Shown here one piece after another: positions 52,502-64,000 of a DNA stretch of 64,000 bases. A model generated the notes under the pieces. That model had not been told where the DNA came from, did not search any database, and saw nothing but the letters and a program-made list of their open reading frames with translations. Source of the DNA: an uncultured Acidimicrobiia bacterium (GTDB lineage Bacteria > Acidobacteriota > Terriglobia > Versatilivoradales > Versatilivoraceae); NCBI GenBank assembly GCA_963786955.1, contig CAWBAT010000005.1, positions 1,152,001 through 1,216,000 on the forward strand, read 5' to 3'. The first letter of the stretch is position 1. Every line of letters starts with the position of its first letter. The translations under genes and the position numbers were made by a program.

Positions 52502-53316
52502 GCTTTCTTCGATCCCGATAACACTCATCATTCTCCCAGTTTTTCCTTTTTCTGCACGGTGGGAAAAAAAGAGTTCGGTCCGGCAAGCTCGTACAAGCCT
52601 CACTACTGAAAATATTGTGTGGCAGGATCCCAGATTCGAGTAATTGGTGTTTGCCAGGCAGCTACAAATCGAGGGACATCGTTGTCGGCGCAGTCAAGTC
52701 TTTATGGTTGAAGCTGCGGAAAAAAGAATCCCTCCAGCGAATTCTTTCGCGAATGCCTGGACCATTTCCTCTCCGACTTCGTAGCAGCAGGGGCCAATTC
52801 CAGGTCCGATTACCGCCAGGCAATCGGCAGGGACAGTCCAGAAATTCTTTTGCATCTGTTCAGTCGGCTTTCATGGTGATTCTTTTGAGAAGGCCTCGCC
52901 AGCCAGCATGAATGGCAGCAATCGACTTTTCGACGAGGATCGACCGCTAAGACGGGCAGGCAGTCGGCGGTTTGGATGGCCAGCAGAATTCCAGTCTGGG
53001 CGGTAATCATGGCGTCTGCTTCTGGAGCCGTTGCCAAATGGTTTCTTGTTCCTAATCGCAAAGATTCTGTCGGAGTGAGTTTGGCGCAAGGTGACCAGAG
53101 GGATTTCCCTGCCGGAGACTGCACCGGGCCAATCTCTTTCGATTTTCCAGCACGATTTCTGCCGGTTGATAATCATTCAATCCAAGGTTAAGGTCTCTTT
53201 TGGGTTCAGGGTCAAAACGCAAGCTAAAACCGTGCAGCATCCACTTGAAGGAAGCTAGCGGTTGGTGATATAAGAAATTTCGCGACCGTTGAGATTAGAA
53301 ACTGGTTATCCGTCAT
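52496..53316 (-). CDS. pgeF: Peptidoglycan editing factor / laccase-domain protein; frameshifted
   Basis: Fragments LRQTHS, EADAMIT, IQTADCLPV, and C-terminal GRMMSVI. Confidence 0.85.
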
Positions 53317-53333
53317 AAAGAGAGAGAATTGAA

Positions 53334-53711
53334 ATGATTGTGGGCATGGGAGTCGATATTGTCGAAATTGAAAAACTCAGACTCGCCATGATGAGACGAG
53401 GTGAGCGACTGCGCAATCGGGCGTTTACTCCGGGCGAGATTCAATATTGTGAACAACGCGCTCACCAGTATCAGCATTATGCCGCCCGATTTGCAGCTAA
53501 GGAAGCTGTATTCAAGGCGATCGGCTCGGGATGGAGAAATGGAGTGACCTGGCTCGACGTGGAGGTTTTCAACGAGCTCAGCGGGAAGCCCATACTCCGA
53601 CTAAATGGAAAAACCCTTGAATTTGCGAACGCATTAGGGGCCCGGAATTATTGGTTAAGTTTGACTCATACCGACCACTATGCGGTAGCCCAGGTGGTAC
53701 TCGAATCTTAA
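53334..53711 (+). CDS. acpS: Holo-ACP synthase
   Basis: GMGVDIVE, AARFAAKEA, SLTH. Confidence 0.95.
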   Translation: MIVGMGVDIVEIEKLRLAMMRRGERLRNRAFTPGEIQYCEQRAHQYQHYAARFAAKEAVFKAIGSGWRNGVTWLDVEVFNELSGKPILRLNGKTLEFANALGARNYWLSLTHTDHYAVAQVVLES

Positions 53712-53749
53712 GGGGCGACGATTCCACTCGCCCTCTCCATGCAAATTTT

Positions 53750-55135
53750 TCAGAATGTCGACGTTTCGAAGACTAAGAAACGACCCGTGCCAGATAGCCC
53801 TTCCGAGGTGATTCCAGTCACAATGACTTCCCGCAATTGATTCGATTGAATACTCGGGGGCATCGATCGAAATTTTCAAGTAGTTGCTACTCAGTGCGTC
53901 CGCGGATCTCTCCGGCTCATGCCAACGCAAGGTCATGACTCCGATTCTCTTGCCGATGAACTTTTCCCTAAATTCCCGATTCTTACGGGCAGCCAATCTC
54001 CCTCAATTCATTACCTTGCGCTGACCGGTGACTTCACTTCGGCCCAGTCGGTCGCATCAAGGCGGCTGCTGTGCCGGGTCGTTGGGAATAGGGGAATACA
54101 TGGAGATAAGTCATCGGCGCCAGGCTCAAGAGCGATTTTTGTTTCGATGAAGTCTTCTTCCGTCTCGGTAGGGAAACCCACCATGACATCGGCGCCGATG
54201 GCCGCATCTGGAACACGTTGTCGCATTTTCTCGACTAGTCGGCGATAGAACTCCGCGGTATAGGGTCGACGCATGAGGCGCAGTATCCGGTCGGATCCGC
54301 TTTGTAATGGAACATGAAAATGCTTCGCCATCTTGGGCGACTGTGCGATAAGGTCAATGAGATCATCGGTATATTCCAAAGGTTCAATGGAACTTAGCCT
54401 GAGACGTCTCAATCGATCTTCTCGAAGAAGCCTTTAACCAACAGAGCAAGGTTTTCCTTTTCCCCAAGGTCTCTTCCGAATCCGCCCAGGTGGATTCCTG
54501 TTAAGGTGATTTCCTTATACCCCTGGTTTAAAAGTTTCCTGGTTTGGCGAAGGACTTCATCGATGGACAAGCTGCGGGAATTTCCTCGAACTGAAGGAAT
54601 CACGCAAAAAGAACAACGATAACTGCACCCATCCTGAACCTTCAAAACGGGGCGCGTTCTGTCTGCCCCTCCTGGATCTCCGATCGTCCGAAGCTCGCGG
54701 GACTCGAAGATGCTGCTGCAATAGACTGTCGCCCCTGAAGCTCGAAAATGGTTTATTGTCTGGGGATCCCGCAGCATCGCTTAGTTGCCTCTCCCTTTGC
54801 GTCACAATCGAGACCAACTGATCTTTGTGCGAGTTCCCGACTACGCAAGACACCCCACTGATGGCAGCCACCTCGCCCGGCACACGCTGCGCATAACAGC
54901 CTGTGACAACCACACGGGCAGTAGGATTTTCTCGATGAACTCGGCGAATCATGGTGCGGGCTTCAGCGTCAGCGGCGTGGGTTACCGTGCAGGTATTGAT
55001 GACAACAATATCAGAGCGGTTCCACTCCTCGGATTTCTGAAAGCGATTATTCAAGAAAGCCTGTTCCAAAGCGGCGCCATCGGCTTGAGTCGCTCGGCAC
55101 CCGAAATTAATAATTTTGAAAGTCTTTGACTGCAT
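53750..55135 (-). CDS. mtaB: tRNA t6A37 methylthiotransferase; frameshifted
   Basis: INTCTVT, VTGCYAQ, LKVQDGCSYRCSFC, LTGIHLG, RLSSIEP, LQSGSD, HVFPYS.RPGT. Confidence 0.9.
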
Positions 55136-55139
55136 GGCC

Positions 55140-56198
55140 CTATTTTGTCCCTGGTCTGCTGAGAACCCCTACATCGGACAAGACCTTCTGAGCCATGAGA
55201 TTTTTAATGGGGGTCTCGTTTCTAACAACGTCAAGATAGGCATTTTTCAAGAGCGATTCTTTGCGATTGAAAATAATCTGACGAATGTCTGCCTGAACCT
55301 TGGGGTCGCTGAGTTCGCGTTGCCCTCCGGCTTCTTTTTCGATGAGTTTGACAAGATGGTATCCATATTTCGTCATTACGGGATCCGGAACGTTTCCCCT
55401 ACTTTCAGGCTTTGGACCGCTTGACGAAATCTGGGATCGATGGTTTCCAACTGCTGAGCGCTCAAGAGCCGGAGGTCTCCTCCGGACTGGGCTGACGTGC
55501 TGTCTTCCGAATAGTCTCTAGCCAAGATGGCGAAATCCATGCCGCTCTGGAGCTGTTTCAAGAGAGAGATCACTTTCTGCCGGGCGGCCTCGTCCGTCTT
55601 CGCGTCGTCGCCCTTACCGTTACTGATTTGAGGTTCGGCGAAGGGAGTCACTAGGATATGTTGAACATGCCAGCTCTCTGGCAAGTTGTAGTTGCCTTTA
55701 TTTCGAACAAAGTACTCATTAATTTCCGCTTCCGTGACCGAAATCTTCGAGGTGATTTCTTTGTTATAGAGCTTCTCAATCGTTGCACTCTTTCCTAATT
55801 TCTTTCTTGATGCTCGTCAACCGTAACGCCCTGGTCTTTGAGAAATTGTTGAAACTTTTCTTCCGTAAAATCTTTCTTGAAATCATTGAAGCGGACATTA
55901 ACCTCCTCATCACTGGCAGTAAGTTTGTCAATCGCAGCCCGTTGCATCAGCATTTCATCACTGATCAGTTGCGACAAGATGGTCAAACGTAGGGTCAAGA
56001 TTTCCTCTGGTGAGAGGGGCTGAGCTAGACTGTTTGAGCCGATTTTGATAAATCTTTTCAACGTCGTTATCTTTGATCGTTGTCTGATTCACAACGGCGA
56101 CGGTATCGGGTGAAATCTTGGGGCCCGACTGGCAGCCCATACAGATTACGCAAAGCCACCCAAACCATACCGAAAATCCATTGAAGTCTAATGTTCAC
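55140..56198 (-). CDS. SurA/PpiC-type peptidyl-prolyl isomerase (lipoprotein-like); frameshifted
   Basis: GGAGG plus GTG start; VAVVN, QHILV, FAILARDYSED, SGGDL, TKYGYHLVK. Confidence 0.85.
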
Positions 56199-56495
56199 GC
56201 CTGCCTCCTGTGCCTTTATGATGGCCACTTATACTACCACCGCCCCATGTAGGGTACAACAGATTGAATGGGATGGAGTTCCCCAGCGTGGGATCATAAA
56301 AGGATCTTGAAACGGATCTCTTTTTGACTTCTTAAAGCCCTAATTAGTGAAACCGAGAACTAAGTACTGCTCTTCATAAAGACGGTGACGGTAACGCCGG
56401 GGCGGTGACCGGGCCTACAACTTTGTAGGTCGCGTGCCCCCCCCCCGACACAGCGCCTATCCTGAGATACGTCACCCTAATTACAAATAGCAATA

Positions 56496-57248
56496 CTAAG
56501 GGGCAGATGGCTTCCGACCATAGTTGATCGCGATGATTCCTCCTCCAAAAACAGATAGCCCGTATCCTCAAATCCGGCTTTGTCCATGAGTATTTGGACG
56601 CCGTGCTGCGCAGGATAAAGCTTCAGCGATTCCGAGATATAGCGGTAGACGTCAGGATCCCCGTGCATGACCCAACCCAATAGGGAGCCCATAACCGTAA
56701 GATAACCTAAATACGCACGGCAGTAAAAAGGATTGACAGGTTTCGCAAAATCCAAGGAGAGAAATCTTCCGCCCGGTTTGAGCATTCTGAAGACTTCTGA
56801 CAACAAACAAGCGATATCGGGAACATTGCGAACACCATAGCCAACGGTAATCCGGTCAAAGGTGTTGGCGTGAAACTCAAGCCGGGTGATATCACCGACT
56901 TCAAATTCAATGCCATTGATTCCCAATTGTTGTTTTTTTCGGCTAGCAATCTCAATCATACCGGGAGTGATGTCTACACCCAGGACCCGTCCTGTTGAGA
57001 CCATTTTCGCCAGCATGAAAGTGATATCGCCCGTCCCGCAGGCCAAGTCCAGAATAAGTGATGCGGTTGAACATCAGTCCATCGAACCAGCTTCTTTTTT
57101 CCAACGTCGGTCTTGCCCATAGGAAAGCAGAGCGGTCACAAGGTCGTAGCGGGGGGCGATCTTGGAAAACATCTGGTTGACATACAGCTGTTTTTTTTCC
57201 TTTCGAGTTGATGAATTCCTTCATATTCAGTCGGCTTGGATTAGCCAT
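56496..57248 (-). CDS. menG: UbiE/MenG family quinone methyltransferase; frameshifted
   Basis: [38 protein letters not shown]. Confidence 0.82.
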
Positions 57249-57371
57249 TGAGTCACATCTTTCTCGATCGGGTAATGATCGAATTGTGCCTGCACGGCGT
57301 GGTAGTATTGGTGAAACTCCCGAGGGCAGCCGTTTGGTCAGATACCCTGACCTCATTTTTTCTCAGCTTTT

Positions 57372-58728
57372 TCACGGATCCTGTTTCACTTTACTACGCC
57401 ATTCTTTCAAACGCTCGCTCACCGTTGCTTCATAACCCTCTCCAGACGGTGTGAAGTAAGTTCTCCCGGCAAGAGAAGGTGGAAGACAATTCATATCCGT
57501 TACGCGTTCTGCAAAAGTGATGGGCGTATTTGTACCCCTTCCCATAACCCAGATCCTTCATGAGGCTGGTTGGCGCATTTCTTAAATGTAAGGGGACCGG
57601 ATCCGCGAGAGTCATTTTGATGTCCTGGAGGGCAGAGTCATAGGCCTTATATATAGCGTTCGACTTTGGGGCAGTTGCCATATAGACTGCTGCTTCCGCG
57701 AGGGCAAAGTGCCTTCCGGAAGTCCAATGAAATGGAACGCCTGCATGGCACTGACCGCCATGAGACAAAGCTGCAGGATCAGCCAATCCCACATCTTCGG
57801 ACGCAAAGCGGACAATCCGCCGGGCAATGTAAAGCGGATCCTCTCCGGACTCAAGCATCCGACCGAGCCAATATAAGGTAGCGTCAGGGTCGCTATTCCG
57901 CATGGACTTATGGAGAGCAGAAATCAGGTTGAAATGTTCCTCGCCGGACTTGTCGTAAAGCAGCATTTTCCGCTGGAAAGTATCTGCTAATAGTTGCGGG
58001 GTAATGATCTTCTTATTTGTTGTCTGACAAAGGAGTTAGCTGAAATGCCAGCTCTAGCGTGTTATAGGCAGTTCGGGCGTCTCCGTTGGCAAAAACCGCG
58101 ATTTGAGCCAATAAGTCATCCGTGATTTCAATGGGTTCGGCACCGAGGCCTTTCTCTTGTTCAGATAAGGCTTTTTCAGAAGGAATAGGATGTCTTCAAC
58201 CGTCAATGGCTCAAGTACGTATACTTTGGAGCGCGACAACAATGCCGCATTGATTTCAAACGAAGGGTTTTCAGTGGTGGCACCGATCAAGATAATATTT
58301 CCTGTCTCGACATGCGGGAGGAATGCGTCCTGTTGGGATTTGTTGAACCGGTGGATTTCATCAATAAACAGAATTGTTTTCCGGCCGTAAGCACGAACTC
58401 TCTCGGCCTCCGACATCACGGCTTTGATTTCCTTTATTCCTGCAAGAACCGCACTGAAAGGAATGAAATCAGAGTGTGTCAAATTGGCAATAACGTGGGC
58501 AAGGGAAGTTTTCCCGGTGCCCGGTGGGCCCCAAAGGATGATGGATCGAAGCTCATCTCTCTCAATACCGACTCTTAGGGGTTTCCCAGGCGCCAGCAAA
58601 TGCCTTTGCCCGACAAGCTCCTCCAACTTTTGGGGGCGCATTCGATCGGCAAGAGGCGTACTTCGATCAGTCGCCTTCTTTAATCCATTCTGGAGATTGG
58701 AAAACAAATCCATATTCATTCTGGCCAC
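57372..58728 (-). CDS. rarA: Replication-associated recombination protein A; frameshifted
   Basis: [51 protein letters not shown]. Confidence 0.93.
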
Positions 58729-58762
58729 ACCCTCAAAAGGAAAGACCCCGACATCCGGAAAA

Positions 58763-59569
58763 TCATTGTCTTTGGCGTGTTTTTCGTTGCTCAGCGGCTT
58801 GACAAAGTATGATGGAAGAAGCGACCGCTACATTAAGCGACTCTACTGAAGAGGAAATCGGGATGGTTATCTGGCGCTCGACTTGATCGAGAATATTACT
58901 GTCCAGCCCCCTTGCTTCATTCCCTAAAATTAAGACGACCCGCCCGCGATAATCAATGTCACGAAAGCCATCCCTTTGCCTGGGCCAGTGGCGTATACTC
59001 GGTAGTTGTTTTCGCCAAACAGTGCCAAAGTCGCTTGAATGTCCCAACCAGGAAAACAGGGAACCCGGAACACCGAGCCCGCAGACGCCCGAATAGCCTT
59101 TGAATTATAAGGGTTGACAGAATTCTTGCTCAGAATAATGGCGTCTGCCCCAAAAGCTTCCGCGGAACGCAAAAGAGTTCCCAGGTTTCCAGGATCTTGA
59201 ATGCAATGCGTCAAAGACAATGAGAGAATCTTTGGTAAGAATTCTTTTGAAGCTCCATTTTGGGAGGAATACCAAAGCGGATACGCCCTGAGGCGTTTCC
59301 GTACTGGAAATTTCACTGAAAACCTTTTCGGACAATTGGATGACCGTGGCTTGGTAGGTCTTAGAGCTTTTTAGCAGGTCCTCCAAGAGTTTCATTTTCC
59401 GAGTCTGTTCGCTCACATAAAAGGAGTCCACATCCAAGCGGCTTTTAAGCGCTTCCTCAATGAGCGTAATCCCTTCGACAAGAACACGACCCCGTGAATC
59501 CGGCCAACCTTCTCGAATCTGATCCCTGATTTTTTTGACTTGATTGTTGGCTGTTGAGCGGATGATCAA
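58763..59569 (-). CDS. TrmH/SpoU family RNA methyltransferase; frameshifted
   Basis: [32 protein letters not shown]. Confidence 0.9.
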
Positions 59570-59636
59570 GTATTCACTCCCTGGCTATATCCATTCATTG
59601 ACCGTACCCGAAAATTTATGTTAATTTGCTAACCGA

Positions 59637-60275
59637 ATGATTACACAACGAATTAGGATACAAGATAGCACGATTGATGATTCTGTTCTGCAGGTTGCTC
59701 TGGCATCGATTGAGAACGGGAACATCATTTCTGTCCCCACTGAAACATTCTACGTCTTGTGCGCGGACCCGTTCAACCTAAGGGTTATTGAAGAGATCTT
59801 CCTCATTACTAAACGGAAGGAGTGGAAGCCTCTTCTCCTACTTGCAGACTCGATAGACCAGGTTGAAGTCATGACGTCAGGTCTGCAAAGAGCCTTTTTA
59901 TGAAATCGCAGAAAATTTCTGGCCTGGGCCACTGACCCTTATTCTCCCGGCAGCAAATCACGTCCCATTGAAGATTACTGGAGGAACGGGTACCGTAGGA
60001 GTCCGGATTCCTGATTCAAAGGTACTCGAACGTTAATTCGGTCATTTGATAGCCCTGTTACTGGGACGAGTGCCAATCTTTCGACTCACCCGGTATGCTC
60101 GACCGCAGATGATGTCTTGATCCAGTTAGGGGGAAAAATTGACCTGATTCTTGACCAGGGGGATACCCGAGGGAGAGCACCGTCTACAATCCTAGATCTT
60201 ACTCGAGACCCCATTCGCGTCGTACGCGAAGGCGCTATTCCCCTTGAGAGGTTTTCTTCTTACTTGTCTCCATGA
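59637..60275 (+). CDS. tsaC: L-threonylcarbamoyladenylate synthase (Sua5/YrdC); frameshifted
   Basis: VPTETFY, FWPGPLT, GVRIPD, TGTSANLS, PSTILD, REGAI across frames. Confidence 0.9.
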
Positions 60276-60910
60276 AAGAGCGTGGAAAGAGAGTCCTTTT
60301 CCAGATATTATTCGCCTATCTTCCATCTTTACTCCTGGCCTACATTCTTGTTCTCTATGTCCTGATTCGACGTAGTGCGGCGCTTGATGAATCTCAGCCA
60401 GCCGACATCATTTTCGTCTTAGGGGCTGCCCAATATAACGGGAGGCCTTCCCCGGTATTTAAGTCCCGATTAGATCATGCAGCAGCTCTCTTTAAAGAGA
60501 AATTTGCCGGTAAGATCATGACTACGGGAGGATATGGTTTTGACCCGAGGTACTCTGAGGCGGGGGTGGGCAAGCTGTATCTGATGAAGCAGAGCATCCC
60601 GGAGGATTGCATCTACACTGAGCCCAGCGGTCTGACAACCGGTGAGAGTATTGAAAGGGCCATCGAATTTCTCAAACAGCATAATTTTACCCGGGTTATT
60701 GCTGTCAGTGATGGCTTTCATCTGTTCCGGATTAGAAGAATCTTTCGAGATCATGAAATCACGACCTTTGGTTCGCCGGCTCAACATAGTGTCATTGAAT
60801 CCAATTTTCGCTCCCGCACGCTGGCTTCTTTACGTGAGGTATTCATCTTCACAGCCTACATGGCGCGACACCATCTCCATATATCTTTTCCATTCTCCGA
60901 GATGTCCTGA
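60272..60910 (+). CDS. YdcF/ElyC (DUF218) family protein
   Basis: VLGAA, RLDHA, TTGG, SEA, VSDGFHLFR, LRE. Confidence 0.9.
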   Translation: MKERGKRVLFQILFAYLPSLLLAYILVLYVLIRRSAALDESQPADIIFVLGAAQYNGRPSPVFKSRLDHAAALFKEKFAGKIMTTGGYGFDPRYSEAGVGKLYLMKQSIPEDCIYTEPSGLTTGESIERAIEFLKQHNFTRVIAVSDGFHLFRIRRIFRDHEITTFGSPAQHSVIESNFRSRTLASLREVFIFTAYMARHHLHISFPFSEMS

Positions 60911-60911
60911 G

Positions 60912-62489
60912 TCACTGATTCCTCTTAATTTTCAAGGTCTGGACAAAGTCAAAATTTCCAGCCGGAGACAACTCGATTTCCGAAAGGCGACGGTTGTACA
61001 CGCAAACGGTGTCCATATACCAGAGGCTGATGTAGGGCAGATCATCAGCAAGAATCTTTTGAATTCTGGAATAAGCCGTACGTCTTTTCTCCAGGTTGGA
61101 CTCTTGGCGGGCCTCATCAATCAGCAGGTCCACTTCAGGATTCTCGTATCGACCACGATTATACCCTTTAGGGGGAACTTCGCGGGAATGGAACGCTCTT
61201 TCAAAGAGGTCGGGGTCATTATTTCCTCCAATCCATCGCAGTGAGTAAATTTGAAAATTGCCTCTCACAATGTCTGCATAAAAAGTGCCGAATTCGTAGG
61301 AACGAAGGTCCACCGCAATGCCAACCTCCTTCAAGGCTTGTTGAATAATTGCAGCCACCTGTCGGGAAGACTCCTCTGTAGAGGTCCTGAACGTCAATCT
61401 AAAACGTGGCAGAGGCCCCTTGCCATCGGGATCTTTCCAGCCAGCCATGTCGAGCAGATTACGGGCCTTTTCCGGATCATAGGAATAGCGCTCCAACTCG
61501 GGCTCATAAGCCCAGTGATTCGGAGGAAGCAAACTCGAGGCTGGGATAACCAGACCGCGCCAATAGTAGCGGATAATGTCCTCCCGTGGAATTGCATAGG
61601 CAATTGCTTTTCGTACTTTCTTATCCCGAAGAACGAGATCTTTGAGATTTAATCCGATGTACTGGTAATTGGTTCCTGGAACAGCTCGCCACTCGAAGAT
61701 GGGGTTCGCGCTAAGAGCCATCACGAAATCAGGGGTCAACACGTTTTGAGCAATATCAATGGATCCCTTTCGTAATTCCAAAGCCCGGGTTGTGGAGTCC
61801 GGAATGACCATAAACCGGATGCGGCCTGCGGCGGGGGAGTCCTCCGAAATAGTCGAGATTTGCTTCGAGAAGAAGTTCTTCTTCGTGCGAGTAAGAGACA
61901 AAACGATAGGGGCCCGAGCCTACCGGGTTGCGTTGAAAGTCTTTGCCCGACCCATAGGGTACGATCCCAATCCCTCCGTTTGTCAAGTTCCAGAGAAATC
62001 CGGCAAAAGGTTCCTTCAACCGGAAAACAATGGTGTGCTCATCCGGTGTTTCTATCGACTGGATAAGCTGGAAGGTGGAAGATTTCGGGGAAACGAGCGA
62101 GCCATTCAGGAGAGATTCAAAGGTATATTTCACATCCCTCGCCGTCAGTGGACCTTCCGTCATGAAACTTCACTCCAGACCGGAGGTAAAAGCAGTAGGT
62201 CAGTGGATCGAGGGATTCCCAGCGGGTCGCAAGGTCTGGTAGGATTTCAAATCTTCTTCCCCTACGGACCAGAGAACTAAAAATCAGTTGTTGAATTCGT
62301 TCCGATTCCGCACTTAATCCAATGCGAGGATCCAGACTGGTAGGTCCGGCTTCCAGCGCGATCGTAATGGCTGGGTCCATGGTGCGGGGATGACCCGCAG
62401 CCCTGATGAACACCAGCGAGTATCAAACCTAATACGAGCCACATAGTTTTCCGGGAGCAAAAAATTTTGACTTGTAAGGATTTGAGCAT
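60912..62489 (-). CDS. ABC transporter substrate-binding protein, family 5 (peptide/nickel); frameshifted
   Basis: SLDPR, PDLA, GVKFHDG, LTARDVKYTF, PVGSGPY, VRKAIAYAI. Confidence 0.9.
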
Positions 62490-62629
62490 GGTCCGTCAGG
62501 AGGACAAACAATTGAGATCCGTCAATGGGTGACAAAGTATGCATTGGCCTCTTTGAATCTGCCATTAAGAACCCAGGGCCGGGAAGAGCGAACACTTCGA
62601 GGCCATTAATAAACAAAGTCAGCGCTTTG

Positions 62630-63828
62630 CTACGAGGCCGGATACGTTTGAAATTCTTTCCGATAAATGATCTTCCCCAAGACCGTCATATGGCGTGCGC
62701 CCGTGGCTGATGGTACATTCCCGGGATGAAAATGCAGCGTCTCATTAGCGAGGATGGCAAAACCAATAGCCTCTTTAGCTATAGACGGGATTCCCAATTC
62801 ATCCGATGCCAAAACATCCAGCTGGGATAAGACTTTCTTGATCCTCTGCATCAGGTAGGAATTTCTGGAACCTCCGCCCGATACAATCAGCTGGCGAATT
62901 GAGGGTTTTCCGAGCGATAAAAGGATCGATGGCCTTCGCAATAGTCTGTACGGTGAGCTCCGTTGCCGTGCATATCAAGTCCTCTAAACAGAAAGAATTT
63001 CCTAATCGAAGCAGTTCTTCGAGGAAAGCCATTCCAAATTGCTCTCGACCTGCCGTCTTCGGAGGGGGAAGAGAGAAGTAAGGTTGCCGAACTAGTTTCT
63101 TGAGAAGCGCCGGGATGATTTTTCCACTTCGGGCGATTTCTCCGTCTCGATCGAATCCCATTTCATTGTGGGTCATCCGTCGGACCAACCCATCAATCAC
63201 CATGTTACCGGGCCCAGTATCAAAAGCCACGATTTCTGCCAGCGTGAGTGGCTGCTGGAAGAACTGTCACATTGGCGATACCCCCAATATTTAAGAGGAT
63301 ACGACCGTGCCGTGGATGTCGAAAAAGCAAATAGTCCACATAGGGGTATGAGGGGAGCACCTTTGCCACCCGCGGCCATATCCCGCGGTCTAAAATCACA
63401 GATCGTCGTTATCCCGGTTTGTTCCGCGATGATTGAAGCTTCCCCAATCTGTAGAGTCGATGCCAAAGTCCGACCGCAAAAGGCATCCGGCTCCGATTGA
63501 TGGAAGATCGTTTGCCCATGGGAACCGACCAGGTCAATCTGGTTGATCTTAACGCGGGCCTCCTCACATAACTTAAGAATCGCCTCTGCATAGAGTGTTC
63601 CGATCAAAAAGTTCATCTGGCTGATCACCTTGGGACGGAACAGGCGATCCTGAAGCGATCTGGAGAAGTTCTCGGTGGACCTCGAGAATCAAAGGGGATG
63701 GAGATAAAATGCCGCAACACAATTCGCGTCTGCCGACCTGCCCCAAAAATCTCCACCAGAGCAGCATCGACACCGTCTAGAGAGGTTCCCGACATTAATC
63801 CGATAACAAGTTTGGAGTTCTTGGGCAA
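62630..63828 (-). CDS. anmK: Anhydro-N-acetylmuramic acid kinase; frameshifted
   Basis: IGLMSGTSLDGVD, GSHGQT, DMAAGGKGAPL, FDTGPGN, PPKTAGRE, SGGG, KEAIGFA. Confidence 0.93.
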
Positions 63829-64000
63829 TTATTCTTCTACTTTCGATTTAAATTCATTCAATTTTTGCAAAGCCTGTAGAGGAGTAAGCTCGTCAGGATT
63901 TATTTGGCGGAGTTCTTCAAGCACTTCATGATCACTCAGGACAAACAAATTCAGTTGATTCTCCAAGGAGGTTTGCTTTCGTTTGAAACTTCGCGTCAGT
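63829..64000 (-). CDS. mutS: DNA mismatch repair protein MutS, C-terminal end (truncated by the window edge)
   Basis: Translated by hand: QLNLF clamp-binding motif, then VLEELRQINPDELTPLQALQKLNEFK, stop abutting the anmK start. Confidence 0.85.
   Translation of the reverse strand, partial: LTRSFKRKQTSLENQLNLFVLSDHEVLEELRQINPDELTPLQALQKLNEFKSKVEE

Overview
Bacterial chromosomal window, probably Acidobacteriota (inferred from gene content only). Left to right: hemB (partial) and hemL; a sodium:solute symporter; an orphan pilin; a Leu/Val/Ile-rich 30-aa uORF tied to a cloverleaf-like RNA structure; a MoxR-DUF58-transglutaminase triad; tRNA-Val(CAC); a pgsA-like gene coupled to a PDZ/DUF512 radical SAM gene; a GMC oxidoreductase; and a roughly 2.2 kb integron-like cassette array with no integrase. 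That array has an attI-like site, three attC-like sites, and cassettes for a DUF4258/YgiT toxin-antitoxin pair, an HExxH peptidase and a GIY-YIG nuclease. It is followed by hemH, a complete alternative complex III plus A2-type caa3-like oxidase operon, a Wbp-like diacetamido-uronic acid sugar cluster, a small redox/TPR/YHS cluster, gdhA, pyrR-pyrB-pyrC, and housekeeping genes (glnE, pgeF, acpS, mtaB, a SurA-like PPIase, menG/ubiE, rarA, a TrmH family gene, tsaC, a YdcF family gene, a peptide-binding protein, anmK, mutS 3' end). From about 45.8 kb onward most genes are broken by single-base indels, most likely uncorrected sequencing or assembly error. All family calls come from motifs recognised by eye; no searches were run.
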